61,534 nt of DNA from an uncultured Planctomycetales bacterium. GTDB lineage: Bacteria; Planctomycetota; Phycisphaerae; UBA1845; PWPN01. The stretch is taken from assembly GCA_964615635.1 (NCBI GenBank), contig CAZTQK010000001.1, positions 22,790 to 84,323 of the forward strand. Reading direction: 5' to 3'. Position numbers and translations under genes: made by a program. The first letter of the stretch is position 1. Each line of letters opens with the position of its first letter. This document shows, piece after piece, positions 60,566 through 61,534 of the stretch. The notes below the pieces were generated by a model. It had not been told where the DNA came from. It was given only the letters and a program-made list of their open reading frames with translations, and did not search any database.

Positions 60566-61534
60566 ATGACTGCGGAATTGTACGAACACGAGGACATCGG
60601 CAAAGACGAAAAGGACGTCAGCGTCCGCCGGGCTTTTCGCGGCCTGCTGCCGTTCCTGGCCGCTCATAAAAAAGGTCTGGCGCTCTGCCTGCTCCTGTTG
60701 GTCGCCGTGACCGCCATGACCCTCGCCTGGCCCTGGCTGATCCAGCAGGCGATCGACAAGATCCTGCGCGGACAACTGGATCGCCCCGCCGCCGAGCGGG
60801 ATTTCTCCCCGCTCGTGAAAGTCGGGCTGACCGTGGTGCTGCTCCAGATCGCCTCCCTGGCGCTCATGTACATCCAGCGCGTCAAGCTCGAGACGATCGG
60901 GCAGAATGTCATGCTCGACCTGAAGCGCAAGCTGTTCGACCACATCCTCTCGCTCGACGTCTCCTACTTCGACAAGAACCCGGTCGGGCGCGTGATGGCG
61001 CGGGTGGAATCGGACACCGAGTCGCTGCGCATGCTCTTCACCAACACGGTCGTGCTCATCGTGGGCGACGTCGTCCTGATTGTCGGGATCCTCGGCGTGA
61101 TGTTCTACCACCACCCCCGGCTGGCGCTCGTGCTGTCGCTGTCGCTGCCCGCGCTGGCCCTCATGATTTACGTTTTCCACCGGCTCACCTCGCACCGCTT
61201 CCTCGAGGTGCGCAAGCGGGCGGCCGAGGTCACCGCGGCGCTGGCGGAGTTCCTGCACGGCATGTCGATCGTCCAGATCTTCCACCGCGGCGCCTATGCG
61301 CGGGCGCGCGTGTCGCACGCCAGTGAGCGCAAGTTCCGCGAGGACTCCTACGTCAACATCGGCGTCTGCATCTTCTTCAACCTGCTCGGCTACATCGAAT
61401 TCGTAAAAGTCGGGCTGGTCCTGTTGCTCGGGTCGATGTGGGGCGTCTCCTCTGGGACCATGGTCATGTTCATCCTGCTGATCTGGCGCGAATTCGAGCC
61501 CATCGCCCGGACCGCCGAGCAGCTCGGCGTCTTC
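60566..61534 (+). CDS. ABC exporter, fused TMD-NBD type (MsbA-like); 3' end outside the window
   Basis: Not in the ORF track (no stop in the window). My manual translation gives MTAELYEHEDIGKDEKDVSVRRAFRGLLPFLAAHKKGLALCLLLL...LFDHILSLDVSYFDKNPVGRVMARVESDTESLRMLFT, a typical ABC_membrane domain. Confidence 0.85.
   Translation, partial: MTAELYEHEDIGKDEKDVSVRRAFRGLLPFLAAHKKGLALCLLLLVAVTAMTLAWPWLIQQAIDKILRGQLDRPAAERDFSPLVKVGLTVVLLQIASLALMYIQRVKLETIGQNVMLDLKRKLFDHILSLDVSYFDKNPVGRVMARVESDTESLRMLFTNTVVLIVGDVVLIVGILGVMFYHHPRLALVLSLSLPALALMIYVFHRLTSHRFLEVRKRAAEVTAALAEFLHGMSIVQIFHRGAYARARVSHASERKFREDSYVNIGVCIFFNLLGYIEFVKVGLVLLLGSMWGVSSGTMVMFILLIWREFEPIARTAEQLGVF

Noticed and set aside
60446-61318. 290-aa minus-strand ORF opposite the ABC exporter
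   Set aside because: It is an antisense shadow rich in His, Asp, Glu, Arg and Gly. The plus frame gives a textbook ABC transmembrane domain.
1-61534. I looked for CRISPR arrays, rRNA genes, reverse transcriptase/retron features and a second copy of the tRNA-Arg 3' end (attL).
   Set aside because: I saw no regularly spaced short direct repeats, no rRNA-like sequence and no RT motifs. None of the intergenic regions I read contains the tRNA 3' segment. A by-eye scan cannot exclude short or degenerate matches.

Overview
This is a 61.5 kb bacterial window, probably metagenomic. T9SS C-terminal sorting tails, dockerin-like and FlgD-Ig-like secreted proteins suggest an FCB-superphylum-like organism. 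It has two sharply different parts.

Positions 1 to ~43.8 kb are a comparatively AT-rich, compositionally mosaic genomic island. It ends at a tRNA-Arg(TCT) gene (43868-43941, minus strand), with a tyrosine integrase directly beside the tRNA 3' end. Positions ~43.9-61.5 kb are very GC-rich host backbone: rRNA methyltransferases, two membrane proteins with c-type heme motifs, a vWA protein, a giant beta-helix protein, a MutY-like glycosylase and an ABC exporter.

The island carries, from left to right:
- a tandemly duplicated cassette (membrane-anchored Asn-rich protein plus a CHAP peptidase with FG-GAP-like repeats and a T9SS tail);
- conjugative leading-region-like genes (DUF932);
- AbiEi/AbiEii;
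- one long co-directional defence operon: HsdR, fused HsdM-HsdS, an ABC-type ATPase with a HEPN-like Rx4H C-terminus, an HsdR C-terminal relic, an SPPY DNA methyltransferase, and a GHKL/MORC-like ATPase fused to a PD-(D/E)xK nuclease;
- an alpha-oxoamine synthase, a 7TM-GAF histidine kinase and two CheY receivers;
- a large serine recombinase with membrane-protein cargo;
- a catalytic-domain-only tyrosine recombinase;
- an FG-GAP lipoprotein;
- a mobilization module (XRE, RuvC-like, two replication-relaxation paralogs, T4CP-like ATPase) interrupted by a GmrSD-type nuclease;
- directly next to the integrase, an unusual operon encoding a canonical PyrF, a helical protein, a 4-TM protein and a membrane-anchored OPRTase-like phosphoribosyltransferase.

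I rank that last operon as the best candidate for an undescribed system. I saw no CRISPR array, rRNA gene or reverse transcriptase. All family assignments come from motif recognition by eye, not from database searches.
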